64,000 nt of DNA from Macrostomum lignano (lineage: Eukaryota): contig NIVC01002245.1 of the NCBI GenBank assembly GCA_002269645.1, forward strand, positions 124,001 to 188,000, in the 5' to 3' direction. Positions 36,642 to 47,231 of this stretch are shown here, piece after piece. Position 1 is the first letter of the stretch. Every line of letters begins with the position of its first letter. The notes under the pieces were generated by a model. That model saw only the letters and a list, made by a program, of their open reading frames with translations, was not told the origin of the DNA and did no database searches. The translations under genes were made by a program, and so were the position numbers.

Positions 36642-37628
36642 ATGGCGGACCTCTACGAGTGTCTTGGAGTGCAGCTGTGGGCGTCTGCGGCACAGATTCG
36701 GAAAGCGTTCTACGGTCGAGCACGCGAACTGCACCCTGACAAGAGCGCAACAGAGGAGACGCGGAAGAGATTCCAGGAGTGCGAAGAGGCGTACCGAATA
36801 CTGTCGTGTCCGTTCCTTAGAAAGCTGTACGATATCTTTGGAAATGCTGTTCGTGACCGGGATGAGATGCTTCGGCTCGCAGAAGGAATGTTAGAGGATG
36901 ACGACATGCCCGACGATCTCCGAGAAGAGATAGAAAGACTACAAGAGAGCGACCGATTAGCTGAGGAGGCGTACGAGAGAGAACAGGCGAGGAGGGATGA
37001 GGAGCACGTCAAGATGGAGGCAAGTGAGGAGGCCTCAGACGATGAGCAGGACGAAGAGATGAACGAGGCGAGTGAGACACTGCCAGAGGAGTACGAGGTC
37101 GAGAAGGTCTTAGGAGTACGAGTTACGGAGCGAGGAGCGGAGTATCTGCTGCAGTGGGCCGGTGTAGAGGAGCTTGAGACGTCATGGGAAGCGGAGGAAG
37201 ATTGTGCCGGATGTAGAAACCTGATTGAAGAATATCTGCAGAGAGCGTACCGGCTTCAGACAAGACCGTGCCGACCAGTGACCGTCGCGGAACTGGAGAA
37301 CGTAGGACCCAGTCGGAAGAAACTGCACCAGGCAATGCGGAAGGGCGATCCGTGGGGCATCTTTGAGGTGCTGCTAGCCCTGAAGGGGAAGTGCGCCACT
37401 GCCTCGGTGGATTTCAAGGAATTCGGTCCGGAGTTGATGCTGCAAATCCTGGGCTACTTAGAGCGAGACGGTCGCAAGTATCCGGGGCACGGAGTTCGTC
37501 GGTGGAGTCGCCAAGCGTGTCAAGCTGTCTACATGTCGGTGATGGTGGTGTTCCCGCTGTTTGACCTGCGACGCCAGGGTTTGGTCCTGGGTGCCCTCCG
37601 TAGGCTGTGGGATTCGTGCTCTGACTGA
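36642..37628 (+). CDS. Retrotransposon ORF3: DnaJ J-domain + acidic linker + chromodomain + unknown helical C-terminal domain (328 aa)
   Basis: DLYECLGV..ASAAQIRKAF...ARELHPDK...RFQECEEAYRILS....RKLYD.FG (J-domain, HPD intact); EYEVEKVL..R....EYLLQWAG.....SWEAEED...LIEEY (chromodomain). Intact and located between pol and the PPT. Confidence 0.92.
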   Translation: MADLYECLGVQLWASAAQIRKAFYGRARELHPDKSATEETRKRFQECEEAYRILSCPFLRKLYDIFGNAVRDRDEMLRLAEGMLEDDDMPDDLREEIERLQESDRLAEEAYEREQARRDEEHVKMEASEEASDDEQDEEMNEASETLPEEYEVEKVLGVRVTERGAEYLLQWAGVEELETSWEAEEDCAGCRNLIEEYLQRAYRLQTRPCRPVTVAELENVGPSRKKLHQAMRKGDPWGIFEVLLALKGKCATASVDFKEFGPELMLQILGYLERDGRKYPGHGVRRWSRQACQAVYMSVMVVFPLFDLRRQGLVLGALRRLWDSCSD

Positions 37629-38192
37629 GGCTATGTCTTCCTAGGGACTTTGGGGCTAGGGACTTTGCAGTGCAGACCCAGGGACAGCGGAGCGGAGGTG
37701 GACCGGCCTTAACGGGTGCTGACGGAGCGACACGGCTGTGCAGCAACCGCAGGACTCGACGACCAGCGCAGAGCGACCAGAGCAACCGGCGACAGTAGCG
37801 ACAGGGAGACGAGGCACCAGAGCGACGGCCGTACTCGGCGGGATGCAGGGAAGCAGTGCTAGTATTACTTGTGAGGTTAAATGTTTGACGGTTTCATTTT
37901 TTTGTTTTTTGTTAACATTTAGCGTTTTTTTTTCGAACTTCAGCGTTTTTGTTAAAGTGAGTTTTTCCCAAAATTTGCGTTTTGCTTCCCAATGATGCGT
38001 ACTCACTATCCTATGTTTGAAGGTTTCTTCGTCATTTTTAAACGGTATAATCACTGCGGTTTTGTTTTTTGTTCGAACTAGTTGCCATGCGAGTCCAAAA
38101 TATTTTTCAAATGCGGTTTGTTCCTCTGTTCAATTTTTTTGTTATAGTAGCATCATTTCAATATTCGACTTTTCGAACTCGAACTTTTGTCT

Positions 38193-38204
38193 AGGGGGAG
38201 GGAG
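38193..38204 (+). promoter_or_regulatory. Polypurine tract
   Basis: AGGGGGAGGGAG immediately before the 3' LTR TGTC. Confidence 0.9.
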
Positions 38205-39037
38205 TGTCATGAATGTGTTATGACAGTGTGCTCTTTGTTTAGTTGCTGCACCGGGCCAGTGGGCCGTCCTCTCCCCCTCCCCCCTCCTTAGATATTTTCT
38301 GACTCACTCACCTGCACTTCTGCGCGTGCGTACCCCTCCCCTCCCTGCCTAGACCTTTTCTGTTGAGTCAACCCCCCATGCTCTGCGTGCGACCCCCCCC
38401 CTGTGCGACCCCGCCCCATTTTTGTTAGCTTTGCTGCCCCGCCCCTGTTTGTGATTGGCTGCCAGTCCCAGTCTGCCGTGCTGCGCCCCGGCGATTGGCT
38501 GGTACAGCTCATGCGTTGCCTTGGCTGATGTCTAAGTCCCCTTTTCTGCCTTTATCCCGCGCCCTCGACCCCCAGTTTGCTGCCTATTTTTTCAGACCCC
38601 CTTGAGACCCCATTCTCGTCGTCTTCGTGGCTCCTCGGCGATTGTGCCAGTGTTGGTTGCTGAATTGCTATTCCTCGCAGAATTGCTAGACAAATATATA
38701 AGTAAAGAATATCGAGATCACCACTGCTCTGACGGCGCTGTTTCTTGTACGACTGAAATCGCGGCTGGTAAGCCTTCCAATTTGTACGTCATTTGGGTCT
38801 GCATCTGTACTAGGCACCTTAGAGGGATTAAGTGCGTCGTACGCCGGTCCCACCCCAAGCAGCTCTGCGTCGTACGCGAGTCTGTAGGCTGTCGTGCGTC
38901 GTACGCTCGAGCAGCCTAGTCCCGACGGACACCGCGTCGTACGCGTGTCAGTGGAGGACCGCAGCCAGGGTCAGTACACGAACCCGGGTCTGGGAAAGGG
39001 GCACGAAAGGACCGAGCCCTTGAGCCCCATCATCACA
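38205..39037 (+). repeat. 3' LTR (833 bp)
   Basis: Direct repeat of 30409-31243, followed by the TSD CTAT. Confidence 0.95.
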
Positions 39038-39929
39038 CTATAATATAGAAATAAACAAAAATTTCTGTATTGGTTTTATCCTAGTATGCTACTGGCTATA
39101 GTCTTTGTTTTGGCGTCCTTGCGTTTCTTCACAGCGGCTTTCTCTCAACATCGATTTCTAACATGCTAAGAAGACATGCCTAGCGTGCTCTTTTGACCCT
39201 TTCTCACTAACTCTCGTGCCGGGTCTGCAGTCGGCTTGCACTCTCAGACGCCATAACTCAATTCTGACCGAATCAATGACCTCGGTAACCACCTGCAGTA
39301 AAATCAAGTGCTTCAAGTGGATCTGAGCCGCGATTGCAAAGCCAAAGGAGGTTTCAACTCTGCGACAGAACGGAGCAGATTTTGCGTTCCCTCTTACTTC
39401 TGTAATATTCTGAAAAATACTCTCTTTTGAGGCCTTCACAACAGCCCTCATTCGCAGTGTTCAGAGTGGGGACGCAGCTCCTGAAAAAGTGTAGCCCAGG
39501 AGCATCAAACCAGCCAGTTGCTAGGGTGGTTGGCTCTGCTCTCGGGGGTGGCTGAAGAGGGTTTTAGCGAATTGGTTGAACCAGACGCGGCCTCCCCTTT
39601 CCTAGGCTTCTGTCTTTCGCATTACTCCCTGTCCTTCCCCGTCAACGGTGCATTCTGCTCGTCTCTGGCGGCCCGGGCCTTCTCGGGTCATTTCGTAAAG
39701 TAGTACCGAGTTTTAAAAAGTTAGAAAGATAATGAAAGGCAGTTTTGAAAACATTGCATGTAAAAGTGTAAAAGATGAAAAGAGAACAGAAAGAAAATTT
39801 AAAAAAATGTGATGCGATGCATTTGGATTGGGGCGTAGAAAGCTAAGATAATAACTGCGCTTATTACTTGCAGTAGTTCGAGCTGGTTTTTAGTAATCGA
39901 TTGATGATCAATCAATTCAGCTGCAAGTA

Positions 39930-40250
39930 AAATTATGAGACCAGTTGCTAGTCAACTGAATATTCTAACAAAGTACAGAAATGGCTGATAAAGTGAATGT
40001 TCGCAGGAGGGCCGCAGGGACCCTGGCGCAACGTCTTCGGCGACATCGTCTCACAACCAGCGCTGACAGCAATTCTGCCCATTCCGCTGGCTCCTGAGCA
40101 CAGACAAGCGCGACTGTACACAGGCACGGCACTCAGACACACGCTCACACAGGGTGTATATGGGCCCTGACTGTCTAATCGTCAAGCATGTACATTCTCT
40201 GTGCCTTGGGGCTTGGCCCTCATAGCTGTGAATCGCACGAAAAGCCCATT
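39930..40250 (-). mobile_element. SINE body, 5'-truncated (near-identical to 45610-45935)
   Basis: Shares the AATTCTGCCCATTCCGCTG...GCATGTACATTCTCTGTGCCTTGGGG block. Confidence 0.65.
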
Positions 40251-40473
40251 TTTCAAATTTTGTGCATTTAACCGTGAAGATGGACAAGCAAAGAGGCAAA
40301 CAAAGCGGCGTTTTGGCGAGCAAGAGGCGGCAACAGCGCAAAGAAGCATAGGGGGGAGCAGCAGGCGAACTCCCAACCCCAAAAAGGACAAGACAGTCAG
40401 AGAAGAGAGGGGGAATTACCAATGCGACACCAGCTGATCAACCGCCCGATACTTGCGGGCCTCAGAGGCACGG

Positions 40474-40865
40474 TCAACTGAAGTAGCTCCCCAGGGCCAT
40501 GATGCCAGGCAGGGCCGCCCCCGCCTGCAGGGCAAAGCTGGGCACACCGCACCGCAGGCTGTGGCCAGAGAAGGCAGTCGGATTGAAACCAGCAGACGAA
40601 GCTTCAAACGCTGCCTCCGCGAGCCCTGACAGCTCTGAGAGGGCACCAGGCAGCTGCACCGTGTGGACACGCTGGCCGAACTCGTTGGTCTTGGACCGCT
40701 GCAGCTGCAGCACCAGCCCGGAGCTGGAACTCGCTGATCCGTGATTACACCATGTGGACCACGTACTGGCACAAGGTCTCTCTCGCTAGCGGTAGTCGGA
40801 CCGATGCCCGCCTGATCACTGAACGCACACCAGGCCTTGAATTGGCTTCGGTAGGATCGCCAGGA
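40474..40865 (-). pseudogene. Tyrosine-recombinase relic (DIRS/Ngaro or Crypton type), internally deleted
   Basis: SWRSYRSQFKAWCAF...(C)QYVVHM (SAM-like N-domain), LQLQRSKTNEFG, and FSGHSLRCG...ALQAG...IMALG (HxLR box). Confidence 0.7.
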
Positions 40866-42565
40866 GCTGTCTGCGAGGGCGAGACAGCAGAGCAGATCGG
40901 CGGGGACTGCCTTCTGTGGCGGCCCGTGACCGGAGGGGAGGTGAGGGCGGAGCGGAAGAGCGGAGCGGAGGTGACCTGAAAGCGGAGGGCGGCGCGAGAA
41001 GACACCGAGAGCGCGCGCATGGCAAAATAGTCAGGCGAAAGGCAGATATGACCGTAAAAACGAAAGCAAATTTGAGAACCAAGCATAAGAGACGCAGCGT
41101 CAATAAAAATTTGCATACTACCCGGCAGGTGATAGTTGCTTCAATACAAATACCATCACGAATGCACAGCAAAGCCATACTTTGATAGATCCGAAGTGTA
41201 GGCAGCGCCTACTATCGTGTGTGTGTTGGGGGGTTGTTAGCGGCTGCGCCGCGTGACTCTGCCAGCTCAACCCTTATGCGTACAATATCAAATGTGCATG
41301 GTGCGACTTTAGCCACCATTCTGACTCAGCACAATAATTCAATAAATATACTGATCGCTATTATTCTCGCCTACAAGCTTTCGGCAACTATCGACTACAA
41401 CAAGCAGTCTAGCCTCGTTTCACTCACTACACGAAGGAGATCGGGATCTTGAGGACCCTACATTCCAGCTCTTCCACCTCGTGCTGAAGCCGTCTTCTTC
41501 GGTCGCCTTCCGACTGGGACGGGGGTCCCACGGCATCTCCTCGTCTAATCCATCACTGATCCGGGCTGCACCCAGCGCTGCAGAGAGGGCCGCCTCTTCG
41601 TTGTTGGCCTGGGCGTCCCCGTTCAGATCTCCGGCTGTGCGTGCTTTGCTGCATGGCTTGGCGCAGGCGCTGAATAAGCTCGCACTTTTGCCTTGTTATT
41701 TGCACCCATAATTGCATAGTAGGCCACGCAGTTCTTTTGCTGTATAATGATTCAGCGGTTCTTGCAGTTCAGACAGACGAGCGTACCTAGCTCACTGTGA
41801 TAGGTGTAGGAGGTACACAGCTGGAGACGAAGGGGGTAAAAAATTGAGTGCAAAGAGCAAACGCCGCGCGGTGGCAAAAATACGTCGTATGCAGGCAGCC
41901 ACCCACCACCCACCGTTTAAACGCCATTACTCCAACCCCGCGTACATTGGCAATCCACTGAACGCAGCAGAGTAATGGACACACAAGCCCCAATGAACGT
42001 GACCGAGCACGGTATCGAACCCGAAAGATTTTCGCGCTAAGAGTCTTAGGCGTGGTTCAACAATGCATGTCCCTACATCCGGTTAAAATGAGAGAAATCC
42101 GTCTCGTGTATCCATTCGGAAGATCGATGCAACTCTGCCAGAGTGGGGGTTTCACTCTACGACAACAATAAAGTGTCCGGGGAAGCAGCCTCGATGTTTA
42201 ATCTAGAACCAGACATACCGGATAAAAGAAGCGTTGTGGCGACATTCACCCCACCGATGCCTGGGCACAATGACTTAATGAATGCATTGGCGATGAAGGA
42301 AAATGGAACGGTGCTGAGCACAGGAAGCTAAAGCCGCAATGCATCGGCCGCATCTTGTGGGGTTGGCTTGGCCAATGCAACTATTTCCTCTCACTGGCTT
42401 CTGTACCAGCTATTTTAACTTTGGAGAAACATGCAAGTGAAGTAAGCCCATCCCATACTTAGATGGCACAAATTTTCTTGCCAGGTAACCAATTTTAGCC
42501 TAATCAACTTCCTAAATTTCGTAGAACACTAAGTTATCAAACTTGACACTCTGTAGACAACCAAA

Positions 42566-43312
42566 ATGCGACCGCTGCTGTTTCTGCTTCTGGGTCTCAA
42601 AATTAGTTGCGGTGCAACTTGCGACTCTCCGAAAGCGACTTTCCACCCGATCTCTGGCGCTGACTGCGTGACGTCCAGCTTCACCCACACCGTGTGGGGC
42701 TCGTGCGATCCGCTGTCCTGCAGCCTGCACTGCGCCAAGATGCCGAACTGCCGGGCCTTCTCGCTGCCGGATGGCGAATGCCTCTGCAAGCTGTTCCTGT
42801 TCGACAAGTGCAGCCACCGAGTGCAGTCAGTGGCCAACTGCACTCACCGAGTGACCGTGTTTACGTGAGATCGCTACCTGGAGTAGCTCCGGGTCGCCTG
42901 TGCCCACCCGGATACGAGTTCCTCATACAAGGTGTCGGCTTCACCTGCGACCAACTGGGCTGACGCTCTCTCCCGGTGCGGCCAGGAGGCCGGACTGTCG
43001 AAGTTCGCGGACGCTCTGGACTCCGACGAGTCGCGTCACCTGATGTGGATCAAGAACGTGTCGAAAAGCCCTGTAGAGACTTTGTTTCTGGGTGGCCACC
43101 AGATTCCGGGCTCTGCGACCAAGACGGAAGGCTGGATCTGGGACGCCTGCAACCAGAGCATCCGGACCGACGTCTGGGAGCCCGAGAGGCCGAACAAAGG
43201 ATTGCCGATTCAGGGCTGTGCGGCTGTCCATGCTAATCACAAGATCGGCATCGATGATTTCGGATGCTCTAAAAATCAGAAGTACCTTTGCGAGTGCCTG
43301 TCCGTGTTCTAA
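42566..43312 (+). pseudogene. PAN + C-type lectin copy 3, disrupted (+2 insertion near 42860, -14 deletion near 42920; stop at 42868)
   Basis: Direct comparison with copies 1, 2 and 4. The 5' and 3' ORF pieces are in the same frame. Confidence 0.85.
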
Positions 43313-45609
43313 TTTTACTGCACTGGACAGAAACTGAGTTGCAAAGAACCATCTGTCAGATTTATCCATATAAGCTGACAAAAACCGTATCAATTCCTAT
43401 TTACTCTATGTAATTTTGCTTTTAGTTGCCCCCAATTGGGCCGTTTTACTTTCCTGTTGTGTGCACGATCTATTTAGAGCGTATAATATTGTACGATTGA
43501 TATTTTAGGCCTCTCTGTGCGCGTGGCGCACGAAGAGGCCCAGTTTATTACTTTAAATATATTGTCTGGCCCTCGCCTCGGTTTATTATTACCTTCTATT
43601 CACTTTCTCTCGTATCTCTCTCTCACCGCCGACTTTTATGACCGCCTGCTGCTAAATATAGCTTCTTAAATGCTAGTCATTCCGTCTTGGTTATTTATCC
43701 CACGAGCAATTGGACACCATCAAGTAATAGAGAATATTTTTTGCAAAACTCATTGGTGTTTTATTAGAAAGTTTTTCTCCTGCGGTGATGACGGTGGGCC
43801 TTGTTTACAAAGAATGTTGTTGTTTTTTGCGAGCGTTATTTGATTATAATCCCATGCTATCGCTTTATTTACGCATCTTCAAATTTGAAGTCTATAATAA
43901 CGCCTCACTATATACTACTGCAATACTACTACAGTATATGTTAATGAAGTAACATTGTCACTGAGTGATTTATGATCATGAATCGATTTGATTTTAACGA
44001 TTGAGTCTTTGAAAAGTCATATAACTATCTTTATGCTTATTTTTGTGGTCCCATTCTTATAGGACTAAAGCTGATTTTTACACCATACTGCCGTTGCGTT
44101 TTCTGACAAATTTTGCACTAATAAACTTCGGTGTTGAAGATCATCGTGCAGAAGTCACAATGGTAATTCAGTTAATACTCGTATGCCATTTGAATCTATG
44201 TGCTTTGGTAGCAGTCAACCAGGACAGTGCATGTTAGATGTTACTCGTAGATAAATGTGTAGTCAAGGACGAGTTACCAGGTATTGTAGAAGGACGGCAG
44301 GTGCGTTTCAATTTCAAGAAAGTACTTAAAATTTCTAGTTGGGATTTGAGCGAAAACACACTAGCGAAATAGGAACTTCTCATAATTTCAGAACGAGCAT
44401 GGGGAAAGTTTTTCATTGGATGCAGATGAAATGTTTAGTTTGATAAACATACTCGTCCTGCCTGTTTAGTTTTTAGCTCATAGACCAAGAATTTTTCAAT
44501 TAAGGAGAGGGAATAAAAGGTGAAAGGTGAGAGAAGAGAGTAGAGGCGAGAGATGGGATGAGATGAGTCAAAGTCTCAAAGATAAGAGGGGAGGGGAGAG
44601 AGGAGAGGAGAAAGGAGAGGGTTGAAAGGAGAGGGTATAGAGAGGAGAGGGGAGAGAGGAGAAGGGAGAGAGGAGAGAAAGAGAGCTGAGAAGGGACAAG
44701 CCTTGAGCGGGCTGGATTGCTATTGAGCAGTTTTAAAGGGCCCGAGGGCCGGATAGAGAGGCCAGAGTTTTCCGACCCTTGGCTAAATTAAATAAAGATA
44801 TTCGAGCTAGGTAAGAACAATTTCTTAATTGGTAATTTTGACATTCTTAAAATTTTTATCCCAGAATGGTCGCTATAGAAATTTGTTTTGGCGTCCTATG
44901 CGTTTGTTCTCAGCGCGCGGTTTTTATCGATATGCAATCTACAGTAAAATCTCGCCTGTCTCAAGTGGATCTGAGCAGCGATTGCAAAGCCAAATAAGTG
45001 TTGTGACCGCCGGAGATTTCGAATGTGAGACAGAATGGAGCAGCTTCCGCGCTTCGCTCCTTCTTTTATAATATTCTCAACATCCCTCTTTTGAGGCGGA
45101 GGGGTGCCTTCACAACAGCACACATTCGCAGTGTTCAGAGTGGGGACGCAGCCCCTGATAAAGTGTAGCCCAGGAGCAACTAAACCAGCCAGTCGCTTGG
45201 GTGTCCGCTCTGCCCTCGCAGGGGTGGCAGAGTAGGGGTTTCAACGCATTGGTTGAGCTAAACCTTTAAGCTTCTGTTCCTCACAGTACTTTCTGTCTCT
45301 TCCCAGTCAACGGAGCAATCTTCTGCTCGTCTCTGGGGACCCAAGCCTTCCCGGGAGTCCGGGGGGGTTGCCAAGTAGCTCAGTTCGAGTTCGGACTCTT
45401 CCGCTTATTTATCAGTCCTCGGGTCATTTTGTAAAAGCCATTTTGCTCAGAATTAAACACAGTTTATAGAATATTTCATGCAAAAATTGTGAAGCGATGC
45501 ATTTGGATTGGGGCGTAGAAAGCTAAGATAATAACTGCGCTTATTACTTGCAGTAGTTCGAGCTGGTTTTTAGTAATCGATTGATGATCAATCAATTCAG
45601 CTGCAAGTA

Positions 45610-46031
45610 AAATTGTGGGACCAGTTGCTAGTCAACTGAATATTCTAACAAAGTACAGAAATGGCTGATAAAGTGAATGTTCGCAGGAGGGCCGCAGGGA
45701 CCCCGGTGCAACGTCTTCGGCGACATCGTCTCACAACCAGCGCTGACAGCAATTCTGCCCATTCCGCTGAGTCCTGAGCACAGACAAGCGCGACTGTACA
45801 CAGGCACGGCACTCAGACACACGCTCACACAGGGTGCATATGGGCCCTGACTGTCTAATCGTCAAGCATGTACATTCTCTGTGCCTTGGGGCTTGGCCCT
45901 CATAGCTGTGAATCGCACGAAAAGCCCATTTTGTGCGCACAAGCCCCAATGAATGTGGGGCCGCTCACGGAATCGAACCCGGGGTCGCGGCTCGAGAGTC
46001 GGACGCGTTCGCCGCTGAGCTGCTCCGCCCC
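45610..46031 (-). mobile_element. tRNA-derived SINE with head 46031-45957
   Basis: Reverse complement GGGGCGGAGCAGCTCAGCGG...GGTTCGATTCCGTGAGCGGCCCC carries A and B boxes, followed by the shared body. Confidence 0.75.
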
Positions 46032-46677
46032 TGCAGTGTCAGAATTGTGTGAAACAATTCGCGCTAAAGAGTCTCTGTTGCTTAGAAGTGGTTCAGCATG
46101 TCCCGACATCCGATTAAACAGGAGAGAAATCCGTCTCGATATCCATTTTGAAGATAAATCGCCTGCTTTTCTGGTGAAGCCAGAGCTAGCTTTTCGCTCC
46201 ACGACAACAATTAAGTCTCCGGGGGAGGCAGCGGCTTCAATGTTTAATCCAGAACGATACATACCGGATAAAAGTAGCGTTGTGGCGACATTCACCCGAC
46301 CGATGGCTGGGCTGTGGTTGAAAAAGGCCGGATGCCTAGTGATGAAGGAAAATGGAACGGGTTGAGTATAGAAAGCCGAGGGGCTATCTTGGCCAATGAA
46401 ACTATTTGCTCTCACTGGCTTCTGCAGGATTCTGCACCAGCCATTTTTAGCTTTGGGGACAAATACGAGTGTAATGGACTCGCCCACGCTGGGATGACGT
46501 GAAACTCTATATAGTGAGGATGATAAGCACGGTTTCAGACTCGGTGTTAACTTGTGATATGCAAACAACCGCGTAAAACAGGAACCGATTTAAAGTCTCA
46601 TAGACTTCCCGAAAGACAAAAGCACACAACTCACGCGTTGATTTCCCTGACTGGAATATTGATGAGTTCATGAGCAG

Positions 46678-47140
46678 GTGAGTTGATGCTCAAGAGAGTT
46701 GATGCTCGAGTGAGTTGATGCTCAAGAGATTTGATGCTCCAGAGAGTTGATGCTCAAGAGAGTTGATGCTCAAGAGATTTGATGCTCAAGAGAGTTGATG
46801 CTCAAGAGAGTTGATGCTCGAGTGAGTTGATGCTCAAGAGATTCGATGCTCAAGAGAGTTGATGCTCAAGAGAGTTGATGCTCAAGAGAGTTGATGCTCA
46901 AGAGAGTTGATGCTCAAGAGATTCGATGCTCAAGAGAGTTGATGCTCGAGTGAGTTGATGCTCAAGAGATTCGATGCTTAAGAGAGTTGATGCTCAAGAG
47001 AGTTGATGCTCAAGAGAGTTGATGCTCAAGAGAGTTGATGCTCAAGAGAGTTGATGCTCAAGAGAGTTGATGCTCAAGAGAGTTGATGCTCAAGAGAGTT
47101 GATGCTCAAGAGATTCGATGCTCAAGAGAGTTGATACTCT
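46678..47140. repeat. 16-bp minisatellite at the donor of the lectin copy 4 5'UTR intron, about 28 units
   Basis: CAG|GTGAGTTGATGCTC at 46678; acceptor at 47222. Confidence 0.88.
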
Positions 47141-47231
47141 GATCTAACCTTAAATTTACTGTAAAAAAGGTATAAGCTAACTTCGTAGAACACTAAGTTC
47201 TCAAACTTGACACACTCTGTAGACAACCAAA

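Larger units (their letters stand above)
30409..39037 (+). mobile_element. Full-length Ty3/gypsy LTR retrotransposon (8.6 kb) with an additional ORF3
   Basis: TG...CA LTRs at 30409-31243 and 38205-39037, 4-bp TSD CTAT (30405-30408 / 39038-39041), PBS, PPT, and gag-PR-RT-RH-INT domain order. Confidence 0.97.

Noticed and set aside
36642-37628. ORF3 as env, or as a chromovirus integrase chromodomain split off by an error
   Set aside because: There is no signal peptide or transmembrane segment. Pol ends with a typical RRPPDRF tail and stop 100 nt upstream, and a J-domain precedes the chromodomain.
45957-46031. tRNA genes here and at 16999-17072, 48180 and 51914
   Set aside because: Stems are imperfect and each head runs into a shared repeat body, so they are SINE heads.
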